A DNA stretch of 32,000 nucleotides, taken from Deinococcus radiodurans R1 = ATCC 13939 = DSM 20539 (GTDB taxonomy: Bacteria; Deinococcota; Deinococci; Deinococcales; Deinococcaceae). A program made the translations under genes and the position numbers. Position 1 is the stretch's first letter. Every line of letters starts with the position of its first letter. The stretch lies in contig NC_001263.1 of assembly GCF_000008565.1 (NCBI RefSeq), positions 174,694-206,693 of the forward strand. Direction: 5' to 3'. Positions 13,208 to 22,646 of this stretch are shown piece by piece. The notes beneath the pieces are model-generated. The model was not told the DNA's origin. It made no database searches and saw only the letters and a list, made by a program, of their open reading frames with translations.

Positions 13208-13438
13208 GTCTGCACCCCTTGCGCTGGAAGTCACTCGCCTGCGTCCTCGCAGGCTGCTAAGCTCTAGGGTACAGAGTCATGCAACTTTATGCGGGGCCGT
13301 TGTTTATAACGCGCCCACTTTCGCCGTTCCCCGGATGAGCCGCTGCTTCGGCCTTCCTTGAGAGTTCGTCCCGCTGCCGGACCTGGGATGCGCCACAGGG
13401 CCTCCAGACAAACACGGTCACGATGTTAGCCTCCCCCT

Positions 13439-14257
<819 letters not shown>

Positions 14258-14260
<3 letters not shown>

Positions 14261-14360
14261 AGCATTTGAGAGGAAAAGACACCCTCACCCCTTGCTTTGC
14301 AAGGCCCTCTCCCAGGGGGAGAGGGAGGGAGCCGCGAAGCGGCGGAAGGGTGAGGGGTCT
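14258..14360. repeat. small non-coding repeat, copy B (left TIR plus internal modules, no right TIR)
   Basis: It begins TA-GAGCATTTGAG (14258..14270). Hairpins follow: CCTTGC-TTT-GCAAGG (14290..14304), CCCTCTCCC-AGG-GGGAGAGGG (14305..14325) and GCCGC-GAA-GCGGC (14331..14343). It ends GGGTGAGGGGTCT (14348..14360). Confidence 0.8.
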
Positions 14361-14398
14361 CCCTGCCCCCTCCCCACCCGCGCACTATCCTGCTTCCC

Positions 14399-14779
14399 AT
14401 GTCGTTTCCCCTCTGGCTCTGGCTGGCGCTCGGCGGCGCGGTTGGGGCGGTGTGCCGTCAGGCGGCGGTGCTGTTGCTCGCGCCGCTGGTGGCCCGCACG
14501 GGGTTTCCGGCGGCGGTGCTGCTCATCAACGTGCTGGGCTCGTTTCTGCTTGGGCTGACGCTGGCGCTAACCGGGCGCGGCGTGTGGCCCGAAGCGGTGC
14601 GGATGACCTTCGGCACCGGGGTGCTGGGGGCGTTTACCACCTTCTCGACCTTTTCCACCGAGCTCGATGGCCTGTTGCTGCGCGGTCAGGGCGGATTGGC
14701 GCTCGCCTACGCAGCTCTCAGCGTGGGCCTGGGGCTGACGGCGGCAGTGGCAGGCCGGGTGCTGGGAGCGCGGCTGTGA
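14399..14779 (+). CDS. crcB: fluoride ion channel CrcB/FluC
   Basis: 126 codons with four hydrophobic helices. Family motifs are [21 protein letters not shown] and [15 protein letters not shown]. Confidence 0.9.
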   Translation: MSFPLWLWLALGGAVGAVCRQAAVLLLAPLVARTGFPAAVLLINVLGSFLLGLTLALTGRGVWPEAVRMTFGTGVLGAFTTFSTFSTELDGLLLRGQGGLALAYAALSVGLGLTAAVAGRVLGARL

Positions 14780-14837
14780 GCCGGGAAGCTGGAGGAAGGC
14801 GAGCTGTGCAAGGAGAAGCTGTGAAGGGAGCAAAAGC

Positions 14838-16088
14838 GTGACCGAGCCGGACAGCAAACCGAAAAAGGGCCGTGCGGGCCGCAAGAAAGCCGAGCCGGTG
14901 CGCCCGCCCGAGCAGTTTCTGGAACTCGCCGAACTGCTCGACTATGTGGGGCAGGTCATCGCGCGCGGGGTGCCCGGCGGCGTGTGGGTGCGCGCCGAAA
15001 TCGCCTCGTTGACCGACCGGCGGCACCTGTACCTCGACCTCGTGCAGGCGGGCGAGGGCGGCGCGGGCGGGGTTGGTGAGGTCGCCAAGTGCCGCGCGAC
15101 GGTATGGGCCCGCGAACGCTTTGCGCTGGAGGCTAAGTTCCGGGGGGCGACGAGCGGCGCGACGCTGAGCGCCGGTCTAAAGGTGCTGCTCTTCGGCACC
15201 GCCGAGTTTCACCCGCAGTACGGCTTTTCCTTCAACGTGCTCGACATCTCCCCCGAGTACACGCTGGGCGACGCAGCGCTGCGGCTCGAAGCCATGCGCG
15301 CCGAACTCGTGGCAGAGGGCAGCTACGGCCTCAACCGCCTGCTGCCGGTGCCCACTGACTTCGCGCGGGTGGCGGTCATCGCTCCCAGGGAAGCGGCGGG
15401 CCTGGGCGACTTCCGGCGCGAAGCCGACCCGCTGGAAGCCGCCGGGCTGGTGGAGTTTCATTACCTCGAAGCGACCTTTCAGGGCCGCGAGGCGGGGGCG
15501 AGCCTGCTGCGGGCGGTGGCAGCGGCGCGCGAACTCCACCAGGAGAAGGCTCTCGATGCCCTGTTCGTCATTCGCGGTGGGGGCGCCGTCACCGACCTCG
15601 CGTGGCTCAACGACCTGGAACTGGCCCGCGCCCTGGCGACTTTTCCCGCGCCGGTGGTCACAGGTTTAGGGCACGCCCGCGACGACACCCTGCCCGACGA
15701 GGTGGCCTGCCTGCGGACCGACACGCCGAGCAAGGCCGCCGCGTACCTCGTCCGCACGGTGGTCAACGCCGCCGCGCAGGCGCAGGAGGCCGCCCGCACC
15801 ATCCGCGCCGAGGCCGCCCGCGTGCTGGTCGAGGCTGAAGCTGCCGCTGCGTGGGCGCGTGACCGGGCACTGTCGAGCGCGGTGCGCCGGGTAGACGCCG
15901 CCGCCGCCGAGGTGGACGCCCTGATGCGCCAGGCGCTCGGCCTGACCCCGCAGCGCACCCTGGCGCGGGGCTACGCGCTCGTCCGCGACGCGGCGGGGCA
16001 GCCGGTCACGCGGGCGGCGGGGGCACGGGCGGGCGAGCCGCTCACCCTGGAATGGAGCGACGGCAGCGTGCCGGTGCGGGTGGAATAA
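14838..16088 (+). CDS. xseA: exodeoxyribonuclease VII large subunit
   Basis: The OB-fold N-terminus reads [25 protein letters not shown]. The catalytic core reads [15 protein letters not shown] and [48 protein letters not shown]. There is an Ala-rich coiled-coil tail. GGGAG lies 7 nt before GTG 14838. Confidence 0.9.
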   Translation: MTEPDSKPKKGRAGRKKAEPVRPPEQFLELAELLDYVGQVIARGVPGGVWVRAEIASLTDRRHLYLDLVQAGEGGAGGVGEVAKCRATVWARERFALEAKFRGATSGATLSAGLKVLLFGTAEFHPQYGFSFNVLDISPEYTLGDAALRLEAMRAELVAEGSYGLNRLLPVPTDFARVAVIAPREAAGLGDFRREADPLEAAGLVEFHYLEATFQGREAGASLLRAVAAARELHQEKALDALFVIRGGGAVTDLAWLNDLELARALATFPAPVVTGLGHARDDTLPDEVACLRTDTPSKAAAYLVRTVVNAAAQAQEAARTIRAEAARVLVEAEAAAAWARDRALSSAVRRVDAAAAEVDALMRQALGLTPQRTLARGYALVRDAAGQPVTRAAGARAGEPLTLEWSDGSVPVRVE

Positions 16089-16115
16089 CCAGGCTTGACC
16101 TCCGCAACGAGGAAC

Positions 16116-16221
16116 TAGAGCATTTGACAAAAGAATGGCCTCGCGCTGTTTGACCCTCTACCAAGGGGAGAGGGCCTGCCACAGGCAGGGGTGAGGGGTC
16201 TTTATTACGTCAAATGCTCTA
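16116..16221. mobile_element. complete MITE-like copy (copy C) of the small repeat family: 102-bp element with 11-bp perfect TIRs flanked by TA
   Basis: The structure is TA(16116..16117)-GAGCATTTGAC(16118..16128)...GTCAAATGCTC(16209..16219)-TA(16220..16221). Internal modules are TTTGACCCTCTACC-AAGG-GGAGAGGG, CCTGC-CACAG-GCAGG and GGTGAGGGGTCT. There is no coding capacity. Confidence 0.8.
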
Positions 16222-16378
16222 GGCCACCATCGGCCAACTTCTGACGAACTTCCTCGGAGACAAAGGGCCACCTGTCCAAGACTTGCTGGAACTGGCAGAC
16301 CTTCAGCGCGAATATTTGGCCGAGCGGCTTGGCGTTGAGCGCGCTGTATGCAGTTTGATTGTCTTCTGAGCCCCTGGC

Positions 16379-17047
16379 CTACTCCGGCACGTCCACCGGC
16401 TCGCCCAGGAATTTCGGCCCTTTGCCGCGCAGCACGTCCAGCACGGCCTTGACGCGGGCGAGCACCTCACGGCCCTGCACCTTCAGGCCGCTGCGCCCGG
16501 TCACGTCGCGGGCGTTGAGCGCGGCAGCGTCGAGGCCGCGTGTGCGGGCGAGGAAAATGGCGCGCTCGTTGTGAAACGGCTGGCTGATGAGGGTGAACTG
16601 CCGGGTGCCGAAGACCTCGGCGGCGCGGACCACACTGTCGAGGGTACGGAAGCCCGCGTAGTCGAGGACCAACTGCTCGGCGGGAATACCGCGCTCCAGC
16701 AGGTCTTCTTTCATGGTGGTCGGCTCGTCGTAAGACACGCTGCTGTTGTCGCCGCTGAGCAGCAGCACCCGCACTTTGCCCGCTTTGTACGCGGCCTCGG
16801 CGGCGTCGATGCGGTAGAGGTAATAGCGGTTCACGCGCCCGCTCGCCAGATATTTGCTCGTCCCCAGCACCAGCCCGACGTGCCGCGCCGGGAGGTCTTC
16901 CGGGCGGTCGAAGGTCCGGCCCCACGCGGCGAGCGGCACCACGATTTGCGGCAGCAGCACGCCCGCGAGGAGCGCCCCCACCCCTCCTGCGGCCCAGCGC
17001 CGCCAACGAATGCGAGTCTTCACGGGCGTCAGGCTAGCGCTCCCCAT
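16379..17047 (-). CDS. sanA: SanA/YdcF (DUF218) family envelope protein
   Basis: There is an N-terminal membrane anchor. It is then colinear with SanA through GLVLGTSKYLASGRVNRYYLYRIDAAEAAYKAGKVRVLLLSGDNSSVSYDEPTTMKEDLLERGIP..LVLDYAGFRTLDSVVRAAEVF..FTLISQPFHNERAIFLA. Confidence 0.88.
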   Translation of the reverse strand: MGSASLTPVKTRIRWRRWAAGGVGALLAGVLLPQIVVPLAAWGRTFDRPEDLPARHVGLVLGTSKYLASGRVNRYYLYRIDAAEAAYKAGKVRVLLLSGDNSSVSYDEPTTMKEDLLERGIPAEQLVLDYAGFRTLDSVVRAAEVFGTRQFTLISQPFHNERAIFLARTRGLDAAALNARDVTGRSGLKVQGREVLARVKAVLDVLRGKGPKFLGEPVDVPE

Positions 17048-17561
17048 GAGCGGAGGCTCCAGGCAGAGGCCCAGCAGTCAAGCGCCGCTCGAACCGGGCC
17101 ACCCGCCAAGAGCCGGCCTGCACCACGTCCACCTCCCGGAAGCCCGCCGCCGCGTACAGCGCCCGCAGCCGGGGCCGCTCCGCCGCCGTGTCGAGTCGCA
17201 AAAAGCTGCGGCCCAGGGCGCAGGCTTCGGCAGCCGCGTGTTCCAGCAGCGTATGTGAGAGCCCCCGCCCCTGCCAGCCGGGATGCACGCTCAGCTTGTG
17301 CAGGTACGCGGCCTCGCCGGGCGGGTCGTCGGGCCAGAAAAGGGGGTCGGCGTCCAGCAGGACGTAAGTGCCCACCGCCTCGCCGCCGTGCCACGCCACC
17401 CGCCAGCCGGGGCGGGGGTAATACCGTTCCAGCCGCTCGGGGGTCAGGCTGCGCGGGGGCCACAGTTCCTCGCCGCGCTCTACGCGGTCCTGCGCGACCC
17501 GCACCAGCAGCGCCGAGGCTGCGTCCAGGTCGCCCAGCGTATAGGTCAGTTCCAGGTCCAC
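17034..17561 (-). CDS. GNAT family N-acetyltransferase
   Basis: GTG 17561 lies 2 nt after the upstream TAG. The product starts VDLELTYTLGD and carries an acetyl-CoA-binding core, YLHKLSVHPGWQGRGLSHTLLEHAAAEA. The stop overlaps the sanA start by 14 nt. The 281-codon track ORF (to 17879) runs out of frame through the tlpA-like gene and is rejected. Confidence 0.8.
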   Translation of the reverse strand: MDLELTYTLGDLDAASALLVRVAQDRVERGEELWPPRSLTPERLERYYPRPGWRVAWHGGEAVGTYVLLDADPLFWPDDPPGEAAYLHKLSVHPGWQGRGLSHTLLEHAAAEACALGRSFLRLDTAAERPRLRALYAAAGFREVDVVQAGSWRVARFERRLTAGPLPGASAHGER

Positions 17562-17563
17562 CG

Positions 17564-18121
17564 CTAGAGCCCCGGCACGCCGATTTTGCTCAGCCCCGCG
17601 TTGAGGCGCGCGGTGTCCAGCCCGCCCTGGTCGATGTGGCGCACCACGCCCTGCGCGTCGATAAACACGGTGCGCGGAATCCCCGTGACCTGATAGGCGA
17701 TGGCCGTCGCCACGCCGGGGTCTTGCAGGTTGGGGTAGGTCAGGCCGTACTGCCGGGCAAAGTCGCGGGCATTTTGCGGCTTCGTTTCGTTGAACAGAAT
17801 GCCGAGCACGGCGGGCGCGCCGGGGTGGGCAGCAAGTTTGGCGAAGAGCGGCGCTTCCTCGCGGCACGGGCCGCACCACGACGCCCAGAAGTTCAGCACC
17901 ACGGGCCGGCCCCGGTAGTCGGCGAGCGCGACCGGCTGCCCGTCCAGGCCCGTCAGATTGAACTGCGGCGCCGGTTTGCCCACCAGCGGCCCGTTCGCCG
18001 CGTTGCCCGCCGGTTTCAGCAGCGCCCAGCCCAGGCCCCCCACCAGCGCGGCGGCCAGCAGCGGCGGCAGGGCGCGGGTCCAGGCGGGGCGGGCAGGGGA
18101 GGCGGGCGCAGGCTCGGTCAT
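17564..18121 (-). CDS. membrane-anchored thiol:disulfide oxidoreductase (TlpA/ResA/DsbE-like thioredoxin fold)
   Basis: There is an N-terminal anchor, [19 protein letters not shown]. The CxxC active site is [18 protein letters not shown], and the cis-Pro region is GIPRTVFID. Confidence 0.88.
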   Translation of the reverse strand: MTEPAPASPARPAWTRALPPLLAAALVGGLGWALLKPAGNAANGPLVGKPAPQFNLTGLDGQPVALADYRGRPVVLNFWASWCGPCREEAPLFAKLAAHPGAPAVLGILFNETKPQNARDFARQYGLTYPNLQDPGVATAIAYQVTGIPRTVFIDAQGVVRHIDQGGLDTARLNAGLSKIGVPGL

Positions 18122-18152
18122 GCTGAGGGCGAGTGTACGGCCTGGGGCCGAT

Positions 18153-19361
18153 TTATTTGCCCCGGCGCTGCGGCCAGTTCTGCTCGATTTCGCGCAGGTG
18201 CCGGATGCGCTCGGCGGTGCCGGGGTGGGTCTGGAGGAACGCGCCGGGGTCGTCGCGCTTGACGCTGTTTTCGTCGGCGTTCTCGTCCTCGGTTTCCAGG
18301 CGGGCGAGCACGTCGCGCAGCGGTTTGGTGGTCCCGTAGCGCTCCATCAGGAAGCGGCCCGCCACCTCGTCGGACTGGGTTTCGGACTGGCGCGAGTAGC
18401 CGTTTTTCAGCAGCCAGGTCGGCACCGCCGCCGCGAAGGTGCTCGCGCCGATCAGGTCGCCGGTCACGGCGGTGGTCAGCAGGGTCAGGCCCAGGCCCTG
18501 GTAGATGCTCGACAGGCTGTGGCGGTGGGTCACGTGCCCGGTTTCGTGTGCCAGGACGCCCATCAGCTCGCGGTCGCTGTGGGCGAGTTTGACCAGTTGC
18601 TCGGTCATCACCACCGTGCCGCCGGGCAGGGCAAAGGCGTTGGTGCCGATGCTGCCGCTCGGCGCCGGGCTGTCCTTGTCGCCGTTTGCCTGCGGGGTGC
18701 CGTCGCGCAGCAGCAAGCGGTAGGGGTAGCCGCCCCCCGCCCACTGCGCCACGTCCTTGAATTCGCGCTGCAACTGCGCCTGCCGCGCCGCGCTGAGGTG
18801 GGTGGGCCCCATGAAGGTGCCGTTGTCGAGCACTTCGATGGCGCTCGTGTCGAAGGAGGTCAGCACGCTGCGTGGGGTGGCGGCGGCGGCGCTGCGGGCC
18901 ATGGCGGGCAGGCCGTAGGTCAGGAAGCCCCACACGAACAGCCCCAGGGTCACCACCGCGCCGAGCGTGAGCCCCCAGTCCGATTCCAGCCGCCGCACCC
19001 CGCGCAGGCCCCGGTTGCGGCCCACGGCGGCTTCCAGCGCCGTAATCGCCCGGTCGTCGTTCGTCTCGAAGCGGCCTCCGTCCGGCAGCTTGACCACCCG
19101 GCGCACCCCGGCGAGCGGCGGGTCGAACTGCACCTGCCGCAGCGGCCACTGCTGCTCGCTGCCCGGCTCCCCGTCGGTGGGAGCGACGCGCAGCACGGCC
19201 AAGGGCGCCCCACTGCTGAGGTCTCCACTGCCCAGCACCCGCAAGGTGGCGGCGCGGTCACGGCTGCTGCGCCCGTCGAAGTACACGCCCTCGACCCCCT
19301 GGGCAAAGGGAGCGGCGAGGGACTGGCTGGTCGGCGTCGGCGTGGGCGTGGGCGTGGTCAT
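18153..19361 (-). CDS. M48-family zinc metalloprotease, membrane associated
   Basis: HExxH is present in [12 protein letters not shown], with a downstream E ([11 protein letters not shown]) and a hydrophobic pair around residues 130-160. GGAGG lies 5 nt before ATG 19361. Confidence 0.85.
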   Translation of the reverse strand: MTTPTPTPTPTSQSLAAPFAQGVEGVYFDGRSSRDRAATLRVLGSGDLSSGAPLAVLRVAPTDGEPGSEQQWPLRQVQFDPPLAGVRRVVKLPDGGRFETNDDRAITALEAAVGRNRGLRGVRRLESDWGLTLGAVVTLGLFVWGFLTYGLPAMARSAAAATPRSVLTSFDTSAIEVLDNGTFMGPTHLSAARQAQLQREFKDVAQWAGGGYPYRLLLRDGTPQANGDKDSPAPSGSIGTNAFALPGGTVVMTEQLVKLAHSDRELMGVLAHETGHVTHRHSLSSIYQGLGLTLLTTAVTGDLIGASTFAAAVPTWLLKNGYSRQSETQSDEVAGRFLMERYGTTKPLRDVLARLETEDENADENSVKRDDPGAFLQTHPGTAERIRHLREIEQNWPQRRGK

Positions 19362-19498
19362 GGTGGCCTCCGCCGCTCACGGTACGCCACCGCGCCCCGC
19401 TGCGGGGTGAGGGCGGGAAGAGAGTGCCCAGAATCCGAACGTCATCCCAATTGAACGTCGAGCCGGGCCAAAGTGAAATCTGCCATGCTGGCAGCCGT

Positions 19499-21838
19499 AT
19501 GACCTCCGCGCCCGTTCCCTCTGCCTCGGCGTACACCTACGGTCCCCAGGCGGCCCGCAACCCGGACCTCGAAGTGCTGCTCACCGACGGCCAGGGCGGC
19601 TTTGCCCTGAGCAGCCTCGCCGGGGTGCCCACCCGCTGCCACGCGGGGCTGGTGGTCAGCCAGCAACCCCCGGTGTCGCGCTTTTGCCACCTCGTTTCGC
19701 CGTTTGAGCGGCTGGAAGTCGGCGGCGAGAGCGTGGACCTGCACGCGCTGGAAGTCGCGCCCGGCGTGTTCGAGGGCCGGGGACTGGGCCTGCTGACCGG
19801 GGCGACGGTCTGGGACCTGCTGCCCGAGCGCGAGCAACTGTGGCGCGGCGTGTGGGTGCGGCGCCACGCCTGTATGCCGCAGGACTCGGGCGCACTGGTG
19901 CTGCTCTACGAGGTGCGCTCGCGCCAGAGCGTGACCCTGACGCTGGGCGGCTTTTTCGTGGACCGCGGCATGCACGCCGTGCACACCGCGCCGCCCCGGC
20001 TTCAGTTCACGCCGCTGGGCTCGGAGGTCCGGGTGCAGGGCGAGCGCGCCACCCGTGTCACCTTGCAGCTTCGGCCCGAACTGGCGACGGGCGCTGTCCC
20101 CGCGCAGCCGCTCATTCAGGCGCTCACGCCGCAGCCTTTCGCGCAGCGGGTCTACTACCGCGCAGACGCCACGCGGGGCGAAACGCCGCACGACGTGACG
20201 CTGGGCTGCCCGCTGTGGTCAGTGACCCTGCCGCCCGGTGGGGGCGAGGTCGCGCTGGTCGTGCAGGGCGTGACCCCCACGACAGCTCCCGTCCCCGACC
20301 CCTGGACCGCCTTCGAGGCCGAGCGTGTCCGCCGCCGGGGCCTGGCCGAGCGGGCGTGGCAGACGACCGGCGTGCGCGACGAACTGGTGGCGACGCTGGC
20401 GGTGGCCGCCGACGCCTACCTCGTGCGGCGCGGGCAGGAGACCAAGCGCGGGTCAGGCAAAGGTGGTGCCAGCAAGGGAACGCCCCGTGGCCTGAGTGTC
20501 ATCGCCGGGTATCCCTGGTTCGCCGACTGGGGCCGCGACGCCATGATTGCCCTCTCGGGCCTGACTCTGGTGACGGGCCGGTTTGAGGACGCCCGCGAGC
20601 TGCTGCTGACTTTTCTGGGCCAGCGGCGCCGGGGACTCATTCCCAACCATTTCGACGAGTCAGGTCAGGGCGCCGGGTACAACACGGTAGCACGTCCGCT
20701 GTGGCTGGCGGTGGCGCTCGAACGCTACGCCCGCACCACTGGCGATGCACTGTTCGTGCGGCAGGCGCTGCCGATGCTGCGCGAACTGCTCGGCTCGCTG
20801 GTGCAGGGGACCGACTATGGCATCGGCATGGACCCCGCCGACGCGCTGCTGCGGGCGGGCGAACCGGGCGTGCAGCTCACCTGGATGGACGTGAAAATCC
20901 ATGACTGGGTGGTCACGCCCCGCCACGGCAAGCCGGTGGAGATTCAGGCACTGTGGCTCGCGGCGCTGGGGGCCGAGCTGCGGCTCTCGCAGGCGCTCGG
21001 CGAGCCTCCCCGCTACGCGGCGGTGCTGGAGCGCGCCCACCACTCGTTCAAGGCGCAGTTCTGGAACCACGCCGCCGACCTGACCGCCGCGCCCACCGCC
21101 ACGCTGCTCGGCCTGGGCCAACTCGGCAGCTCGCTCGGCGGGGCGCTGAGCGACGCCCTGGACGGCGACTTCGTGCTCGACGACGAGCCCCGGCGCGACA
21201 CCTCGTCCGACGCACTGCTGACTGTGGGGGGACGGCCAGGGTCCGGCCCAGTCCAGTCCACGACCGGGGCCAGCGAGCTCGGCGTGGGCCACCGCCCCGG
21301 CGCGGCCCCGGCTCAGCCGGCGGTGCTTGCCGACGTGATTCAGCCCTCCGGCGAGCAGGACCTGTCGGTGCGGCCCAACGCGGTCATCGCGCTGGCGCTG
21401 GCCGACACTCCGGTGGTGGACGAACAGCTCGACGCGGTGCTCGCCCAGACCGAGCGCGAGCTGCTCACCCCGGTGGGCCTGCACACCCTCTCGCCGCACG
21501 ACCCGCGCTACCTCGGCAACTATGGCGGCCCGCAACTGCTGCGCGACGCGGCCTACCACCAGGGCACCGTCTGGCCCTGGCCGCTGGCGTCTTACGTGGA
21601 GCTGCTGCTTTCACGCGGCGAACTCAACCGCGCCCGCGCCGCCCTCGCTGGCCTGACCGGGCACGTCTGGGAAGCGGGCATCGGGCATGTCTCGGAAGTG
21701 TTCAGTGGCGACGCGCTCACGCCGGGCGGCTGCCCCTTTCAGGCGTGGAGCGTGGCCGAGCTGCTGCGGGCTCACGTGCTGGTCAGCCTCAGCGAAGCGC
21801 AGGCCCACGAGCAGGCGCGGCAGACCCACACCCGCTGA
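19499..21838 (+). CDS. glycogen debranching enzyme, amylo-alpha-1,6-glucosidase (GDE_C) type
   Basis: The hallmark GYPWFADWGRDAMIALSGLTLVTGRFEDARELLLTF is present, as are LRPNAVIALAL, YHQGTVWPWP and FQAWSVAELLR. The first ATG (19499) is used. The track ORF starts at an upstream in-frame alternative codon (19424). Confidence 0.85.
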   Translation: MTSAPVPSASAYTYGPQAARNPDLEVLLTDGQGGFALSSLAGVPTRCHAGLVVSQQPPVSRFCHLVSPFERLEVGGESVDLHALEVAPGVFEGRGLGLLTGATVWDLLPEREQLWRGVWVRRHACMPQDSGALVLLYEVRSRQSVTLTLGGFFVDRGMHAVHTAPPRLQFTPLGSEVRVQGERATRVTLQLRPELATGAVPAQPLIQALTPQPFAQRVYYRADATRGETPHDVTLGCPLWSVTLPPGGGEVALVVQGVTPTTAPVPDPWTAFEAERVRRRGLAERAWQTTGVRDELVATLAVAADAYLVRRGQETKRGSGKGGASKGTPRGLSVIAGYPWFADWGRDAMIALSGLTLVTGRFEDARELLLTFLGQRRRGLIPNHFDESGQGAGYNTVARPLWLAVALERYARTTGDALFVRQALPMLRELLGSLVQGTDYGIGMDPADALLRAGEPGVQLTWMDVKIHDWVVTPRHGKPVEIQALWLAALGAELRLSQALGEPPRYAAVLERAHHSFKAQFWNHAADLTAAPTATLLGLGQLGSSLGGALSDALDGDFVLDDEPRRDTSSDALLTVGGRPGSGPVQSTTGASELGVGHRPGAAPAQPAVLADVIQPSGEQDLSVRPNAVIALALADTPVVDEQLDAVLAQTERELLTPVGLHTLSPHDPRYLGNYGGPQLLRDAAYHQGTVWPWPLASYVELLLSRGELNRARAALAGLTGHVWEAGIGHVSEVFSGDALTPGGCPFQAWSVAELLRAHVLVSLSEAQAHEQARQTHTR

Positions 21839-21856
21839 CACAAATTCACTGAGAGC

Positions 21857-21877
21857 GGCGCGTCCGGTCGCCTTTTT
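21857..21877 (+). terminator. weak terminator candidate after the debranching-enzyme gene
   Basis: GGCG (21857..21860) - 8-nt loop - CGCC (21869..21872), then TTTTT (21873..21877). The stem is short, so this is low confidence. Confidence 0.3.
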
Positions 21878-21904
21878 CTGTTCTTAGTCGGGACACTTAC
21901 TCCC

Positions 21905-21934
21905 TTGACGTAGGGCGGACACCAACCCTAGCAT
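21905..21934 (+). promoter_or_regulatory. sigma-70-type promoter positioned for a leaderless transcript of the Nudix regulator gene
   Basis: TTGACG (21905..21910) - 18 nt - TAGCAT (21929..21934), then 7 nt to ATG 21942. No Shine-Dalgarno sequence is present. Confidence 0.55.
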
Positions 21935-21941
21935 CGCCGGG

Positions 21942-22619
21942 ATGTCGCTCCTGACCCTTCCCCCGCAGGCCACCGAGGTCGGGCTGGCGGTGGACGTGGC
22001 GGCCTTCGCCATGCACGCGGGCGAGTTGCGGGTGCTGCTGGTGCAGCGCGGCGAGTTGCCCCACGCCCAGACCTGGGCACTGCCGGGCGGCTTCGTGCAG
22101 CCGGGCGAGGAACTGCATGAGGCGGCGCTGCGCGAACTGAGGACCGAAACGAGCGTCAGCCTGGAGCCCCGGCACCTGGAGCAGTTTTTTACCTTCGGCG
22201 AGGTGGGGCGCGACCCGCGCGGGCGCGTCGTAAGCGTGGCGCACCTCGCCGTCTTGCCGCACGGCACGGTGGAGGCGCGCGCAGGCGGGCACACCGTGGG
22301 GGCCGAGTGGCTCGCCGCGCACACGCCTCCGGCGCTCGCCTTCGACCACCAGGCGATTCTGGACCGCGCCATCAAGCGGCTGCAACTGCGGCTCGACTAC
22401 GCCAACCTCGCGCTCGAATTTCTGCCCGACACCTTCACCCTGCCCGAGCTGCAAGGCGTGTACGAGGCCATTGGCCACCGCGAACTCGACAAGCGTAATT
22501 TCCGTAAGCGCATTCTCGCCGCCGGCATCCTGACCCCCTGCGGCGAGCGGCGCAGCGGCGTGGGACGGCCCGCGCAGCTCTACCGCCGCGCCAAAGGCAC
22601 CCGCACGGCGGCGCTGTAA
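21942..22619 (+). CDS. Nudix-domain transcriptional regulator, NrtR-like (Nudix fold plus C-terminal winged helix)
   Basis: The Nudix box GGFVQPGEELHEAALRELRTETSV has a degenerate REUxEE (RELRTE). The C-terminal wHTH is typical of NrtR: FTLPELQGVYEAIGHRELDKRNFRKRILAAGIL...GRPAQLYR. Confidence 0.75.
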   Translation: MSLLTLPPQATEVGLAVDVAAFAMHAGELRVLLVQRGELPHAQTWALPGGFVQPGEELHEAALRELRTETSVSLEPRHLEQFFTFGEVGRDPRGRVVSVAHLAVLPHGTVEARAGGHTVGAEWLAAHTPPALAFDHQAILDRAIKRLQLRLDYANLALEFLPDTFTLPELQGVYEAIGHRELDKRNFRKRILAAGILTPCGERRSGVGRPAQLYRRAKGTRTAAL

Positions 22620-22646
22620 GAAAGGGCCGCGCTGTAGCATGGCCCG

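Noticed and set aside
14261-14398. Possible fluoride riboswitch (crcB RNA motif) upstream of crcB.
   Set aside because: I could not find the conserved GGnGAUGG...CUGAUGA-type core. The spacer is occupied by a repeat-family copy, and a -10-like box lies only 7 nt from the ATG, leaving no leader. A covariance-model scan would be the decisive check.
17562-17879. N-terminal 105 codons of the 281-codon ORF 17034..17879.
   Set aside because: This part overlaps the TlpA-like gene in another frame and encodes an Arg/Pro-rich sequence. The GNAT domain starts at GVG 17561, 2 nt after the upstream stop.
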